Source: a virus (lineage: Duplodnaviria > Caudoviricetes). From it: DNA of 35,820 nucleotides. Made by a program: the position numbers and the translations under genes. Under the pieces are notes generated by a model, which worked only from the letters and a program-made list of their open reading frames with translations, was not told where the DNA came from and did no database searches. The DNA lies in IMG/VR virus record IMGVR_UViG_3300009164_000179, positions 1-35,820 of that record, one strand, 5' to 3'. Positions 1 through 10,500 of this stretch are shown one piece after another. Within the stretch, counting starts at the first letter, position 1. Every line of letters begins with the position of its first letter.

Positions 1-530
1 AACATAGTTATTTTGATATTACGAGGTTTAGCATATTCACTCATCTTACGTAGAGTGTCTAAATCTCTATTCAAACTTCTATCAACTATGATACTGGTTA
101 ATCCTAATACCTCGTGCATAAAGATAAAATCTTTAAATGTACGCACTAGGTTATTTACGCTGTTCTTTAATTCAAGATCCGGTTTGCTTGTTCTAAAGTC
201 ATTGATAATCCCTGCTTTAAGCAAATAGGTATTATTCAATGTGACAATATCTGCATCTATGTCTTTGATATAGGCAATTAAATCTGGAACTTTTTTGTAA
301 AATAAATTACTGTACAAACTTGGATTCACTAGATAGTGAACTTTGATACCGTACTTGGCTTTGATGGCATATATTTCTTCAAACATTTCCTTGCCATTAA
401 AAATACTTCTAGCACTACCAAACTTGTTATCGCTGAAATAGACATCTAATATCGAATCAGTGTCTAGGTCAGGTAATACATCGATCATCCCCTGTGTGTA
501 AGGAATACTAAATTTATGGGTTGTAGACAT
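1..530 (-). CDS. Peptidase U32 family (PrtC/RlhA/TrhP/UbiU-like) protein, 3' end truncated by window start
   Basis: Absent from the ORF track. Manual translation from ATG 530 (AGAGGA SD upstream) is open for 176 codons to the edge: MSTTHKFSIPYTQGMIDVL...DVYFSDNKFGSAR...HYLVNPS...KNSVNNLV...IIVDRSLNRDLDTLRKMSEY...IKITM. The DRxLNRD segment and SVN motif resemble U32 TIM-barrel proteins; the Cys motif expected next lies outside the window. Confidence 0.72.
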   Translation of the reverse strand, partial: MSTTHKFSIPYTQGMIDVLPDLDTDSILDVYFSDNKFGSARSIFNGKEMFEEIYAIKAKYGIKVHYLVNPSLYSNLFYKKVPDLIAYIKDIDADIVTLNNTYLLKAGIINDFRTSKPDLELKNSVNNLVRTFKDFIFMHEVLGLTSIIVDRSLNRDLDTLRKMSEYAKPRNIKITM

Positions 531-2871
531 TTCGTCCTCTGCTGCCAATACCTAACCAGCCTGCCTGGACATTAGTACCGTGATATGGATGAGTATCAGT
601 AACTGATATTGTTATATAATATTTTCCGTACAACGAACTAGTTGTCGATGTAGTTGCGGGTTCGCTGTAAACAGCCCAATTGCCGTATCCCATACTGTAA
701 TAGGTATTACGTAAGTCTGTAACACGGGTAAGGCTAGGTGCAACGTTAAAATCGTAATTGCCTTTCCAGTTTAAATCTGTTGGATTATTTGTTAATCCCA
801 TAAATGCTGCTAGATCAACTGTTAGTGTAACTGTGGGGCCTGCATTATTACCACTCCACATAGAAACACCTGTTCTTGTGGTGTTGCCAACAGGAGCACT
901 GGTAAAGCTAGACCAGCTTTGTACTGTGCCGCTGATGCTAGGATAGCCTGCGGTATATCCGCTTCCAGCACTTGCTGTTGTGTAAAGATCTATGGTACCA
1001 ATAACTGTCTGTACGATATTTTGTAACTGTGCATTAGCACTGATTGGTTTGTTGATTAAGTCTGTGTAGCTACCCGTTCTTGCAACTGTGGCTAGACTAA
1101 TGTCAGTAATCTTATTCCAACTTAGACTTGATATCCAGCTTGGGTTTACATAAGCGCCGGTTGTATAAACTCCATTGGTAACTGTAGCTGCATTGCCTGT
1201 AATGCTAACGTCATTTAATGTTAATGCACCACTGGTTCTATTGAAGCTGACCTGTGTAGTTCCGAAGTAAGCACTTTGGAAGTTTGGAGTCCAGTACGGG
1301 GCACCTGATCCTCCTGTGGCCAGTGTATATCCTGGTGTACCTGCTGGCAACATTGAAGTAGTGCCGGATGTTGTTTGATAAGCAACTGATCCAACTCCGC
1401 CACCTGCTAAATTAGTTGCTGTAATTGATGATGTAGATGTAGTGGCATTACCTTTTAGGTCTCCGTACATATCTTTTGAATACAGTTTATTAAATCTCTT
1501 AGACGGAATACCTAAATTCCATTGAAGATCTAATTCTGGCATTGCTGTAGTAACTGATTCACCACCTGCTGTTAATGCCTGATCAGCAGTTAACAATTTA
1601 ATCGAAGCTACACCAGCTGGAACTGACAGATCATCTAAGCTAAGATCAAATCCACTTGTTCCCTTGATTCTAGCTGTCGATCCACTAATTGAAATTCTTA
1701 AAGCATCTGTTGTGCCGTTGCCAACACCTACGCCGCCTGCGCCTTGAACTGATAAACTGTCAAGATACCCAAGTTGTCTTAGATTCGACGATGTTACATT
1801 TGCTGCCAGTGATGTTGTAGTTAATGTATTTGCTGCTGCTGGTACTGTTACATTTTCAGTACCATCAAAACTTACACCATTGATGAAACGTGCTGTCTGC
1901 AATCTACTTGCCGAAAAAGCATTACCGGTTAATGTTGCTCCTCGGAATTCGCTTGCTTCAACAATGCTAAATGTACCTGTTGTTCCTGTAACATTTCCTG
2001 TAACGTTTCCAACTAGATCAGAAGTGATAGATGTTGCTGCAAATCCACCTGCACTATTACGTGCAACTACTTTTCCAATAACAGCGTTAGGAGTCGCATC
2101 GACTGCCCACGTTAAGTCTGTAGATCCGTTGAAATTCGTTCCTACTAGATAGTTACCTTTGATTAGTCTACCAGTAGTTGATGCTGTAATCGTAATATCT
2201 TGTGTGCCGTTAAATTGCACACCATTAATAGTTCTTGCATATTCTAACTGTGTCGCCCTACTTGCCAATCCTGTTAAATCGCCTTTAATCAGCATCGAAG
2301 TCGATAATGTAATACCTGCAACTAGATTTGAAAAACCTGCAATACCGTTTGAGGGATCGATCGTAAATGCTACTTCAGAAGCAATAGCAACTACTGTACC
2401 GTTGATTGTTAATAAAATTACAGGTCGTTCACGCTGTGTTGAATCAATCAATGATGTTGCACGAGGTCTTGTTATTCCAAATCCTTCTACTGCTTCTGGA
2501 CCGATAAATGTCCAGCTGGCGCCATCATAGAGATAAAGTTGGTTGACTGGGGTTTTTAACCAGATAGAACCTGCTGTCGGATTAGGTGGATCTGTATCCG
2601 AAACTTCAGTACTAACAGGATGCCACTTGACACCATCATACACATTTAACGAGTTGTTACTGGTATTAAACCAAGTTTGGCCGGATATAGGTCTTGCAGG
2701 AGGCGCATCATTAGCAAAATTTTCTAATAGGTAAAGGAAATTTTCATTCTGTTGTGTGCCGTAGCCAACATAATTTCGACCAACAAGGCCTAAACTAGTT
2801 GTTGTGTCCAACGTTCCATCTGTTAGAACTACTAGTTCTTCCCCGTTGTATCTATTAATTACATAAGACAT
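514..2871 (-). CDS. Tail fibre / receptor-binding protein (785 aa)
   Basis: N-terminal domain shared with the two upstream fibres (GRNYVGYG..NENFLYLLENFAN..P..GQTWFN). Fibre repeats ARTINGVQFNGTQDITI and ARFINGVSFDGTENVTV, LATVARTGSYTDLINKP motif, Thr/Gly/Ser-rich; AGGAG SD. Confidence 0.85.
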   Translation of the reverse strand: MSYVINRYNGEELVVLTDGTLDTTTSLGLVGRNYVGYGTQQNENFLYLLENFANDAPPARPISGQTWFNTSNNSLNVYDGVKWHPVSTEVSDTDPPNPTAGSIWLKTPVNQLYLYDGASWTFIGPEAVEGFGITRPRATSLIDSTQRERPVILLTINGTVVAIASEVAFTIDPSNGIAGFSNLVAGITLSTSMLIKGDLTGLASRATQLEYARTINGVQFNGTQDITITASTTGRLIKGNYLVGTNFNGSTDLTWAVDATPNAVIGKVVARNSAGGFAATSITSDLVGNVTGNVTGTTGTFSIVEASEFRGATLTGNAFSASRLQTARFINGVSFDGTENVTVPAAANTLTTTSLAANVTSSNLRQLGYLDSLSVQGAGGVGVGNGTTDALRISISGSTARIKGTSGFDLSLDDLSVPAGVASIKLLTADQALTAGGESVTTAMPELDLQWNLGIPSKRFNKLYSKDMYGDLKGNATTSTSSITATNLAGGGVGSVAYQTTSGTTSMLPAGTPGYTLATGGSGAPYWTPNFQSAYFGTTQVSFNRTSGALTLNDVSITGNAATVTNGVYTTGAYVNPSWISSLSWNKITDISLATVARTGSYTDLINKPISANAQLQNIVQTVIGTIDLYTTASAGSGYTAGYPSISGTVQSWSSFTSAPVGNTTRTGVSMWSGNNAGPTVTLTVDLAAFMGLTNNPTDLNWKGNYDFNVAPSLTRVTDLRNTYYSMGYGNWAVYSEPATTSTTSSLYGKYYITISVTDTHPYHGTNVQAGWLGIGSRGRNVYNP

Positions 2872-2893
2872 AGCTTAATCGCTCCTATTTTTA

Positions 2894-4774
2894 TTATGCT
2901 GGTAGTACTGTATCAGATACAAACACCCAAAGACCTGCAATGATCTGGTATGTTTTAATGATACGTGTTGTTGATATCGATCCAGGCGATACAGTAGCAG
3001 TATTAATAGCTACGTTGGTAACAGCTGGTGCTGTTCCGCTAGGTGAATTAAAGATCGAAGTACTTTGATTAATCAAAGGATTTAGATCTAAAACAGTCGA
3101 TGATACACTTAAAATATTACATAAAATTCTTGCCACTGTTCCATTTCTATATTCAGCAGCAGGAGCCATATTATCTAAAATGTTTGTAGTGATATAGGTG
3201 CTATCTTTAGCATCTGATAAGTCAATACTGAACACCAAAGGTCTAGTTTGAATTGTATAATCTACATATTCTTTTGTTGCGGCATCTTGGTTAGACAGAG
3301 GATCTGCCATTCCGGTAATTCTTGGACTTCCTTGTAATGCCACATTGCCTGTGCCATTCGGTGAAATTTCTAAATCTTGATTAGTAACCAAAGTTGAAAT
3401 TCTGTTATTTTCTAATCTGATATAAGGTGCCTGCGGAGTAGGACCAACGTTTACTATCGACTGTGTACCAAAACTAGTTACGCCTGGAATACTGGTAATG
3501 CCTGCACCTAGAGAATTTCCTGTTATTACAGGTATTCCGTCGATGGCAAAATATTTTCCCGATACTAGATTGATATGGTCTGAGCTAGTCCAAGCACTGC
3601 TAGACAGTTTTGGGGTCGAGTCTGAATACCCCTCTGCCAGTGCTTCTGCACTATCAGCGGTTGCATTTTGTGTAACGTTTGACCACAGGAATACGTGTCT
3701 GTTTCCGCCTTGAAGAATAATGCCGCCGCCGGCAGCTAGTGTTTCAGTTGGCGTTATTCCGGTTGCTCTGGCCAATATAATATTTTTATCTTCTACTACT
3801 ACATCCGCGGTATTTAATGTAGTCGTTGTTCCGTTAACTGTTAGGTTTCCGGTAATCGAAACATTACCGCCAACATTAATTTGACTAGTCGCTTGAGTTG
3901 GGTATAAGTCAATAGTCCGGGTATTTGAAGTAATCTTTATTGCTGTTTCAGGAGTAATATCTTTTCTAACGTTAACATAAAAATCTTTGTTAGAAGCAGT
4001 ATTAGCAATAATTACATCACCACTGGTAACTCGTAATGTTGACTGTCCTGCACTACCAATAATAATACCTAAATCGGTAGTAATTTTTAATTGGCCTTGC
4101 ATATTATTTGCTGTGTCAGTTCTTACATAATTTGCTGCTGGAACTGCATTTAAATTTTCTGAATTCGTTGCAGTAACATTAAATTTTAATCCAGCTAATG
4201 TTCCTGCGTTAAATCCAGGCGTAATACTTCCGGTAAATCCGGTAATAGCATTTTTAGGTGTAAATGAATCCTTACTGAAAATTCCTAATAAAATTCCATT
4301 GTTATATAATGTTGTAACAACACGAGTTTGATTTAATGTATCTAAAATACTCGAAACTTGGAAACCGCTCACACCCTGGCTTACAGAATATACCGGTGCT
4401 AACAAGATTGTAGATGTACCATCAAAGAAAAATAATTGTTTATCAACATCATTAAACCATAAGTCACCAACACCTAATGTTGTAGGCTGTGTACTCGAAA
4501 CTGTAGCAGAACTTACAGGAACAAATTGTGTACCTGTATAAACTTTAAGTTTGCCTTCACTAGTGTCAAACCAAATCTGCCCCTTAATAGGATGTGCTGG
4601 TTTTGATGTGTTAGCAAAATTTTCTAATAGGCTTACAAGATTATCATTTAGATAAGTTCCAAACCCACTGTAGTTTTTTCCAATTAAGGTTAGGCTAGTT
4701 GAAAGTTGATCAACTTGGCCGTCTGCAACAGTAGCTACAACTGTTCCGTCTGTTTTGTTTATTGTATATGCCAT
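2894..4774 (-). CDS. Tail fibre-like virion protein (626 aa)
   Basis: Same N-terminal anchor domain (GKNYSGFG..NDNLVSLLENFAN..GQIWFD); GNLTVNGTTTTLNT..VEDKNI and DP..QDAATKEYVD motifs typical of phage fibres. Confidence 0.85.
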   Translation of the reverse strand: MAYTINKTDGTVVATVADGQVDQLSTSLTLIGKNYSGFGTYLNDNLVSLLENFANTSKPAHPIKGQIWFDTSEGKLKVYTGTQFVPVSSATVSSTQPTTLGVGDLWFNDVDKQLFFFDGTSTILLAPVYSVSQGVSGFQVSSILDTLNQTRVVTTLYNNGILLGIFSKDSFTPKNAITGFTGSITPGFNAGTLAGLKFNVTATNSENLNAVPAANYVRTDTANNMQGQLKITTDLGIIIGSAGQSTLRVTSGDVIIANTASNKDFYVNVRKDITPETAIKITSNTRTIDLYPTQATSQINVGGNVSITGNLTVNGTTTTLNTADVVVEDKNIILARATGITPTETLAAGGGIILQGGNRHVFLWSNVTQNATADSAEALAEGYSDSTPKLSSSAWTSSDHINLVSGKYFAIDGIPVITGNSLGAGITSIPGVTSFGTQSIVNVGPTPQAPYIRLENNRISTLVTNQDLEISPNGTGNVALQGSPRITGMADPLSNQDAATKEYVDYTIQTRPLVFSIDLSDAKDSTYITTNILDNMAPAAEYRNGTVARILCNILSVSSTVLDLNPLINQSTSIFNSPSGTAPAVTNVAINTATVSPGSISTTRIIKTYQIIAGLWVFVSDTVLPA

Positions 4775-4787
4775 CTTGTTGCCCTAA

Positions 4788-6920
4788 TTAAGTTGTTGTA
4801 GTAACGAATTTCGGTGGGCCCGATCTAATAATATAGTTTATAGTTAGATATGGGTTCATAATACCGATTGGTTGTGATAGTGTAACACCCTCACCGATAG
4901 CAACCCCTCCCGATTGTTCTAAGTACTGTGCTTGGCCAGGAGCAGTCGGTCCTAGCCCTGTTTTGCCTGGAGAGTTAATTGCTGTGTCAACCCTCACCGC
5001 AGCATACTGTATACCATTAACTGCCATTGTGTGTTCGTGCTCTGGTAGGTTACGTTTTTCCAACGTCACTGAGTTCTGACCAGCACTGCCACCAACGGAC
5101 TGTGCTTTAATGTCTGGTACTCGGCCGGCTGTTCCGCCGCCGGCATCTGTAAATCCGCCAACACTGTTTGGCACTGTTTGTCCGTTATCCATATTGTCTC
5201 GACCGAGAGCAAATCTGCCTCTCAGGTCCGGAAGTCTAAATGTTCCAATGCCCGATAATGCTGTAGACCCGTTATAAGTAGTACCAATTACGTCATTGAG
5301 TAAAGGATACTTAACAGTTTCAACCTCGGATCCATCGCATAGCAAATATCCGTAAGGTGCATTTGATCCTGCAAAGGGCATAATTCCACCAATTGGAACT
5401 CCAAGGTCTCCAACAAAGGTATCGCGATCTTCTCTTAATAGTCCCGACTGGCCGCCTACACCCGATATAGATGCTCTAAATACCAGAACCTGGTCCTCTG
5501 CAAACGATCTTCCGTTTGACGGAGCATTTTTATTTGCAATAAGATTCGATGTTAAGATTGTATCAAATACTTTTGTTGAGCCACCGACCTGTCCGTCGAA
5601 TGTAATTGGTGCTGAAATAACGTCGCCAACTAATCTAAAAGTTGTAGTAGTTTTTAAAGCAGTGGCTGTTCCAGAGTTACCTGTAATACTTCCACTTAAC
5701 ACTCCTTGTATTTCGTCGGCAATAATTGTTTTAGCTCTAACAGTTTTCCATCTTTTAGTAGAAGTACCAACGTCATAGATATCAGTAGTCTGAGGTGCTA
5801 TGTTTCCGGAAGAGGTTGTACCGTAAACACTTAAATTTTGTCCTACTAACAATCCTTTAGCTATTGCTGCGCCGCCAGCAGTTCTAATACTGCCGTTGCC
5901 GAGGTTAGTAGAATCTGTGGTATTGGAAACAATTAATGATCCAGTAACCCCAATGTTTCCGCCTACATCTAATGCCTGTGCTGGTTGAGCAATGTTAATA
6001 CCAACATTTGATTCTTTAATTTTTAATACAGTATTTGGTAATCCGTCTTTATTTGTTTGAAGATCTAAACTGCTACCTGCTAATGAGTTATAAATTGTAG
6101 CAGATGTTGAAGTGTTTGAAATAATAAAGGTTCTATCAACCCCTAATGTTAAACCAGTATTGCTGGCAATTGTTAGTCCGTATTCTGTCGTGTTTAATTG
6201 ATCTGTTCTTAAAAAAGTTGCAGCATCGACATCTTTAGTACCAATTCTTAATGATTCAGCAGTTGTTGCTGTTCCGTAGAATTTGGGTAAGAAACCGCCT
6301 TGGAACACTGCTTGTTCTGTTGCAGTCGTTGGAGTTGCAACGTTAACCCCTGCCTTGATACCCGATGAAAATCCGGTGATTAAGATCTTAGGAGTAAAAC
6401 TATCTTTACTTATAATAATAATCGGTTGATCTGAAATGTAAAATATTAAAATATTTCTTGTTACGTTATCCGAGTCAGAAATTAATTCAACTGCTGGGCC
6501 GTATCTTAGACCGTCAATATTACTTTCACTTGGACCAACTAAAATCCAACGTGTTCCTGTAAAAATACGCAGTTGTTGATTTGTTGTATCGATCCATAAT
6601 TCGCCAACTTTAGATGTCAGTGTTGATGGTTCTGTTGGGCCTTTTTGAATTCCTGATGCTGCTTTCCAAGAAACATTGTCAAACAACATAAGAACATTGT
6701 TTCCAGTATCATACCAAAGCTGACCTTCTGTTGGGTTGACTGGTTCTTTCGTACTTGCAAAATTTTCTAGTAGATGTAAAAAGTTTTCAGCAATAATCTG
6801 ACCATACCCTGTAACATTCCGTCCGGGAAATGTTAAGCTAGTATCTTGACTTGATGTATTATCAAAAACCGTAATCGGTTTTGTATTGTTTTTATCTGTA
6901 TAACTTACGGTATATGGCAT
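4788..6920 (-). CDS. Tail fibre protein with tail collar domain (short-fibre gp12-like C-terminus, 710 aa)
   Basis: Collar motif PIGGIMPFAGSNAPYGYLLCDGS...YP.L..VIGTTY...FRLPDLRGRFALG, then LPEHEH and NPYLTINYIIR; shared N-terminal anchor domain. Confidence 0.9.
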   Translation of the reverse strand: MPYTVSYTDKNNTKPITVFDNTSSQDTSLTFPGRNVTGYGQIIAENFLHLLENFASTKEPVNPTEGQLWYDTGNNVLMLFDNVSWKAASGIQKGPTEPSTLTSKVGELWIDTTNQQLRIFTGTRWILVGPSESNIDGLRYGPAVELISDSDNVTRNILIFYISDQPIIIISKDSFTPKILITGFSSGIKAGVNVATPTTATEQAVFQGGFLPKFYGTATTAESLRIGTKDVDAATFLRTDQLNTTEYGLTIASNTGLTLGVDRTFIISNTSTSATIYNSLAGSSLDLQTNKDGLPNTVLKIKESNVGINIAQPAQALDVGGNIGVTGSLIVSNTTDSTNLGNGSIRTAGGAAIAKGLLVGQNLSVYGTTSSGNIAPQTTDIYDVGTSTKRWKTVRAKTIIADEIQGVLSGSITGNSGTATALKTTTTFRLVGDVISAPITFDGQVGGSTKVFDTILTSNLIANKNAPSNGRSFAEDQVLVFRASISGVGGQSGLLREDRDTFVGDLGVPIGGIMPFAGSNAPYGYLLCDGSEVETVKYPLLNDVIGTTYNGSTALSGIGTFRLPDLRGRFALGRDNMDNGQTVPNSVGGFTDAGGGTAGRVPDIKAQSVGGSAGQNSVTLEKRNLPEHEHTMAVNGIQYAAVRVDTAINSPGKTGLGPTAPGQAQYLEQSGGVAIGEGVTLSQPIGIMNPYLTINYIIRSGPPKFVTTTT

Positions 6921-6922
6921 AA

Positions 6923-7585
6923 TTAAACTCCCGTAAAGCCGGTTAAGCTCTGTACACGGATTGTATAATCAATCTGTAAAAGTCTGTTTAATGACTTCTG
7001 CACAGGGTGGAAAATAACGTGTGTTAGTAATAGCCCGGTGCCTAGTGGATTATAGCTACGAAGACCTAGTTCGTCAAAAACAAAGTTTCCGTTCATATCG
7101 AGACTGTTATCAAATGCCTGTTGGTCGCTTAATTCGCCGTAGTCTAATAAACAACTCACAAGAATATCGCTGTATGTTGCACCGCTTACGTGTCGAACTT
7201 CCATTTTATTTCTTACTGGATCCACGTTAGCTGCATCGTTCTGATCAACAATTTTACTGTACGTTTTGTTATACAAACTGGTGTTTGTTCCGATAGTATT
7301 TGGAGTTAGATACGTAATAAGTCCGGTCGGATCTACTGTAGTTCCGCCATTGCCAAAATCCATTTGATAAATCCAACCGTAACCTTGATTAGAAAGGCTG
7401 TTTACCATTGCTAGACTCATATTTTCATAGTGAATAGCGTTGCGTTTATCAATAATAACTTCATTTGTCTCTGGGTCAAATATCTTAATATGTCCTTCGA
7501 CGTGAAATCCACCCTGCTCGTTTGGGGGTGCTGACTGTTTATTTTGATCGTTATTTTGTGGCATATTGGTCTCTTGTGTTTCCAT
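6923..7585 (-). CDS. Conserved baseplate/fibre-attachment structural protein (~220 aa; alternative start 7564)
   Basis: Lies between the giant wedge protein and the fibres; GHIKIFDP..KRNAIH..FGNGG..FDELGL..THVIFHPVQKS motifs. Start moved from 7702 to avoid a 109-nt overlap with the upstream gene. Confidence 0.65.
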   Translation of the reverse strand: METQETNMPQNNDQNKQSAPPNEQGGFHVEGHIKIFDPETNEVIIDKRNAIHYENMSLAMVNSLSNQGYGWIYQMDFGNGGTTVDPTGLITYLTPNTIGTNTSLYNKTYSKIVDQNDAANVDPVRNKMEVRHVSGATYSDILVSCLLDYGELSDQQAFDNSLDMNGNFVFDELGLRSYNPLGTGLLLTHVIFHPVQKSLNRLLQIDYTIRVQSLTGFTGV

Positions 7586-7590
7586 AGTTG

Positions 7591-7598
7591 TATTTATT
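7591..7598 (-). promoter_or_regulatory. Putative gp55-dependent late promoter (AATAAATA)
   Basis: 7/8 match to the T4 late consensus TATAAATA; overlaps the stop of the giant gene, 5 nt before ATG 7585. Confidence 0.5.
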
Positions 7599-10500
7599 CT
7601 GGCAATTTCGTTGTACGCTGTGCGATGAAAGTAGCAATTGACGAAGTATTTTCTAAGAATGTTACTCCCGAAGTTGCTGTAGATTCTCCGCGATCGTACC
7701 ACGTTTTACCTGTACGTTTAATAATAGTAATTCTTTCTCCCGCAAGAGGAGTTGTAGTTAATCGAATATACGGAGTTATTCCGTCCACTGAAAACTCTGC
7801 TTCAATTGTTACATCAGCTGATGGACTTGAAACGCCTAAAGTTTCATCATATACTTTTACAGGATCTTTACGCAATCTTCGACCGCCCACAAATACTTCA
7901 ATTTGATCACACGGCCCAAAAGTAGTAGGAATTGTTCCTCTATACCAAGCCGTTGATCGAGTACCTTGTATAGGAACAAATTCTAATTGTCCGATAGTTT
8001 TGTAAGAACCGATAGTTGAATCGTCAGCTGTACCGTCACTAACAAAGTCAAACCTTTCCTGTTCTTCATTATAAGGAATAATTTCTTGTGCTCCAACATC
8101 AACTACATAACTGCCTGCAATGTGGGTTGGCTTGATCGATGTTCCGACTGTGCCTCTTCTTAATTGCTTTAGAGTATTTCCTGTTTTTTGCATATACTCT
8201 ATTTTTTCACCGTTAATTAAAACTACTCCAGGAATATTTCTATTTGTAATTGGTGCTGATAACTGCGAAGCATCGGTCACTGAAATTTCAGTATCATAAT
8301 AATGAAGGTCACTTGCTAATACAACATCTTTTGATTGAGAGTATCTATTGAAGTGATAGATGTTTAACATATCTTTTGAAATTTCCCAAGCAGTTGGCAA
8401 TTTAAATATTTCAGATCCAAATAGTAATACTTTAATTTGATCAGCTGCTGTAGATGTTGCTGTTAGACTCAATTCTGAACGATATACATCAACAGTATAA
8501 TCTTGATCCAGTGTTAATCTGTTTCCGTTTTTATATACCCACACATAACTTCCAGACAACGGAGTATGCGCTAGTTGATACTTAATCTTGCCGCCGGTGA
8601 ACTCATCTGATACAAACTTCATTGAAGGATATTCACCAAACCAAGTAACTTTAATAGTAGCCGTTGATGGGACCGATAGTGCTTCATCCAAAACAATGCT
8701 GTTATCTACGATCCTATATTCAGAATCGAAATCTGTTACAATTTTAATTTTATCATTTTTTGTCAATGACGTTTCAGCGATTGTGATAGTTTTAAAGCTA
8801 CCGTCAAATACATAGTCTTGAATAAATGATGCCAATCTGTTATTAATATAACATTTGATATTGCTTGTTAAAATAGAGCCAGATGGTACCAATGGATCTA
8901 CTCCTAGTACAAACTGATTTTGTATTCCGTCATAAACAAAATATGTAGTGTCTGGGCCATTTAATGCTCGACCATTTAATTCTACAAGCATCGACGATTC
9001 GGCAGAGGCATTTAACTCATTTTTAAAATTGTTATTGCTAAATTCTACAGGAGTAGTCGATAGCGGATCGTGGGCTATAGAATTATCTAAGCTGTAAGAT
9101 CTAGTACTACCGTCGTATATGAATATCTGTTGGTTGATTCTAACAACACCTTTTCCATCAAGTACTGCCCCTGCATCATTGCCAAGTGCTAAAATAAAGA
9201 TTAGATCGTTAGCGGTTGGCTTATTTCCAAACTGTACTAGAGTTTTTCCGGTTGCGTCAACAACGCCTGTACTATCAATAAATCCCACACTCTGATATAC
9301 GCCGTTTACTGTAACAAATACAGATGACGTATCTAAGAAATTAGCATTTGTTAAGAACAAGCTAGTATCACCGTCGGCAACAAATTCTTGATAATCTAAC
9401 AGTGCGTGTCCACCAATTCCTATAGCAATAATTTCAATAACGTCACCTGCAGATGGAATTGTATTGAAAATCAATTTCTGAGTTTTAAGGAATAAATTGT
9501 AATCTGTGCCGAGTAGCATACGTGTTTTATTTTTGTATACTAATACTGAACTAAATTCTAACACTTGAATACCAATATCATAGGTGTTTGTTGCGCCATC
9601 ACTTATTAGTGTTCTAGAATTAACCGGAGCTACTCCATCAATAGAACTTTGGAATACTTTAATAGATACGCTGTCAAGTACTTGTCCTGGTACGTTTTCT
9701 TCAGTTGCCGAGACTTGGTCTGGACTGATAAATTCACCGCCTTCGATGACAATATCTTCTGCTGCAATTCCCGATGCTGTACTATATGCTCCTGCCATAG
9801 AAGCTAATGTTCCGCCTGATAATTTAGTATCTAAAATATTAGGATCGTTAATTGATACTGATCCATCGCTGTCGAGTGTTCTAAAAATTAAGATGTCGTC
9901 TGCTTCTGTACTAATATATTGTCCTAATTCGACAACTACCGTAGATCCATCTCCAACAAATGTAGGCATTTCAGCGTTTGGATTTGTTGCCATCGACGAA
10001 TCCCACATTGATGTAAACAACGGGTCGTCTATCCTTACCGCATCGGTTGTACCTTTACGTTTAATATAGATATTAATGATATCACCGGCCGCTGGTGCAC
10101 TGTCAAATACATATTGTGCTGTACTACCGTCACAAACATAATAGATATCTGATGACGACTCAACACTATCCCATCCGTCTGTGAACCAAGGAAGAGCATC
10201 CCATCCGCCAGTTACTTCAAATGTTGTACCTTGTACTTGAACTCCACCAAAATCAAATCCAGTCATTAGCTGTGATAATTCTTTTCCAGGAAGTCCTGAA
10301 ACGGCATTATCAGAATTTGTTAGATAATATTTCTGTATTCTATTAACACTATCTAATAACTCGTCGTTCTTTTCGTAAACAACTCTGATAATATCACCGG
10401 TGGCTGGGACTTCACCAAATACTATTTTTCCTTTTAGCAACGAATAAGAATCAGTATTTGATTTATAAAGACTTACTGTATATTCATCTTTGTAAACCAC

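Noticed and set aside
13-228. 71-aa plus-strand ORF
   Set aside because: Antisense shadow of the longer minus-strand U32-like frame, which has an SD and motifs.
514-1010. Possible DGR variable region at the fibre C-terminus
   Set aside because: No template repeat or reverse transcriptase seen in the window.
7586-7702. N-terminal extension of the 259-aa ORF
   Set aside because: Overlaps the giant gene in another frame; ATG 7585 or 7564 fits the gene boundary better.
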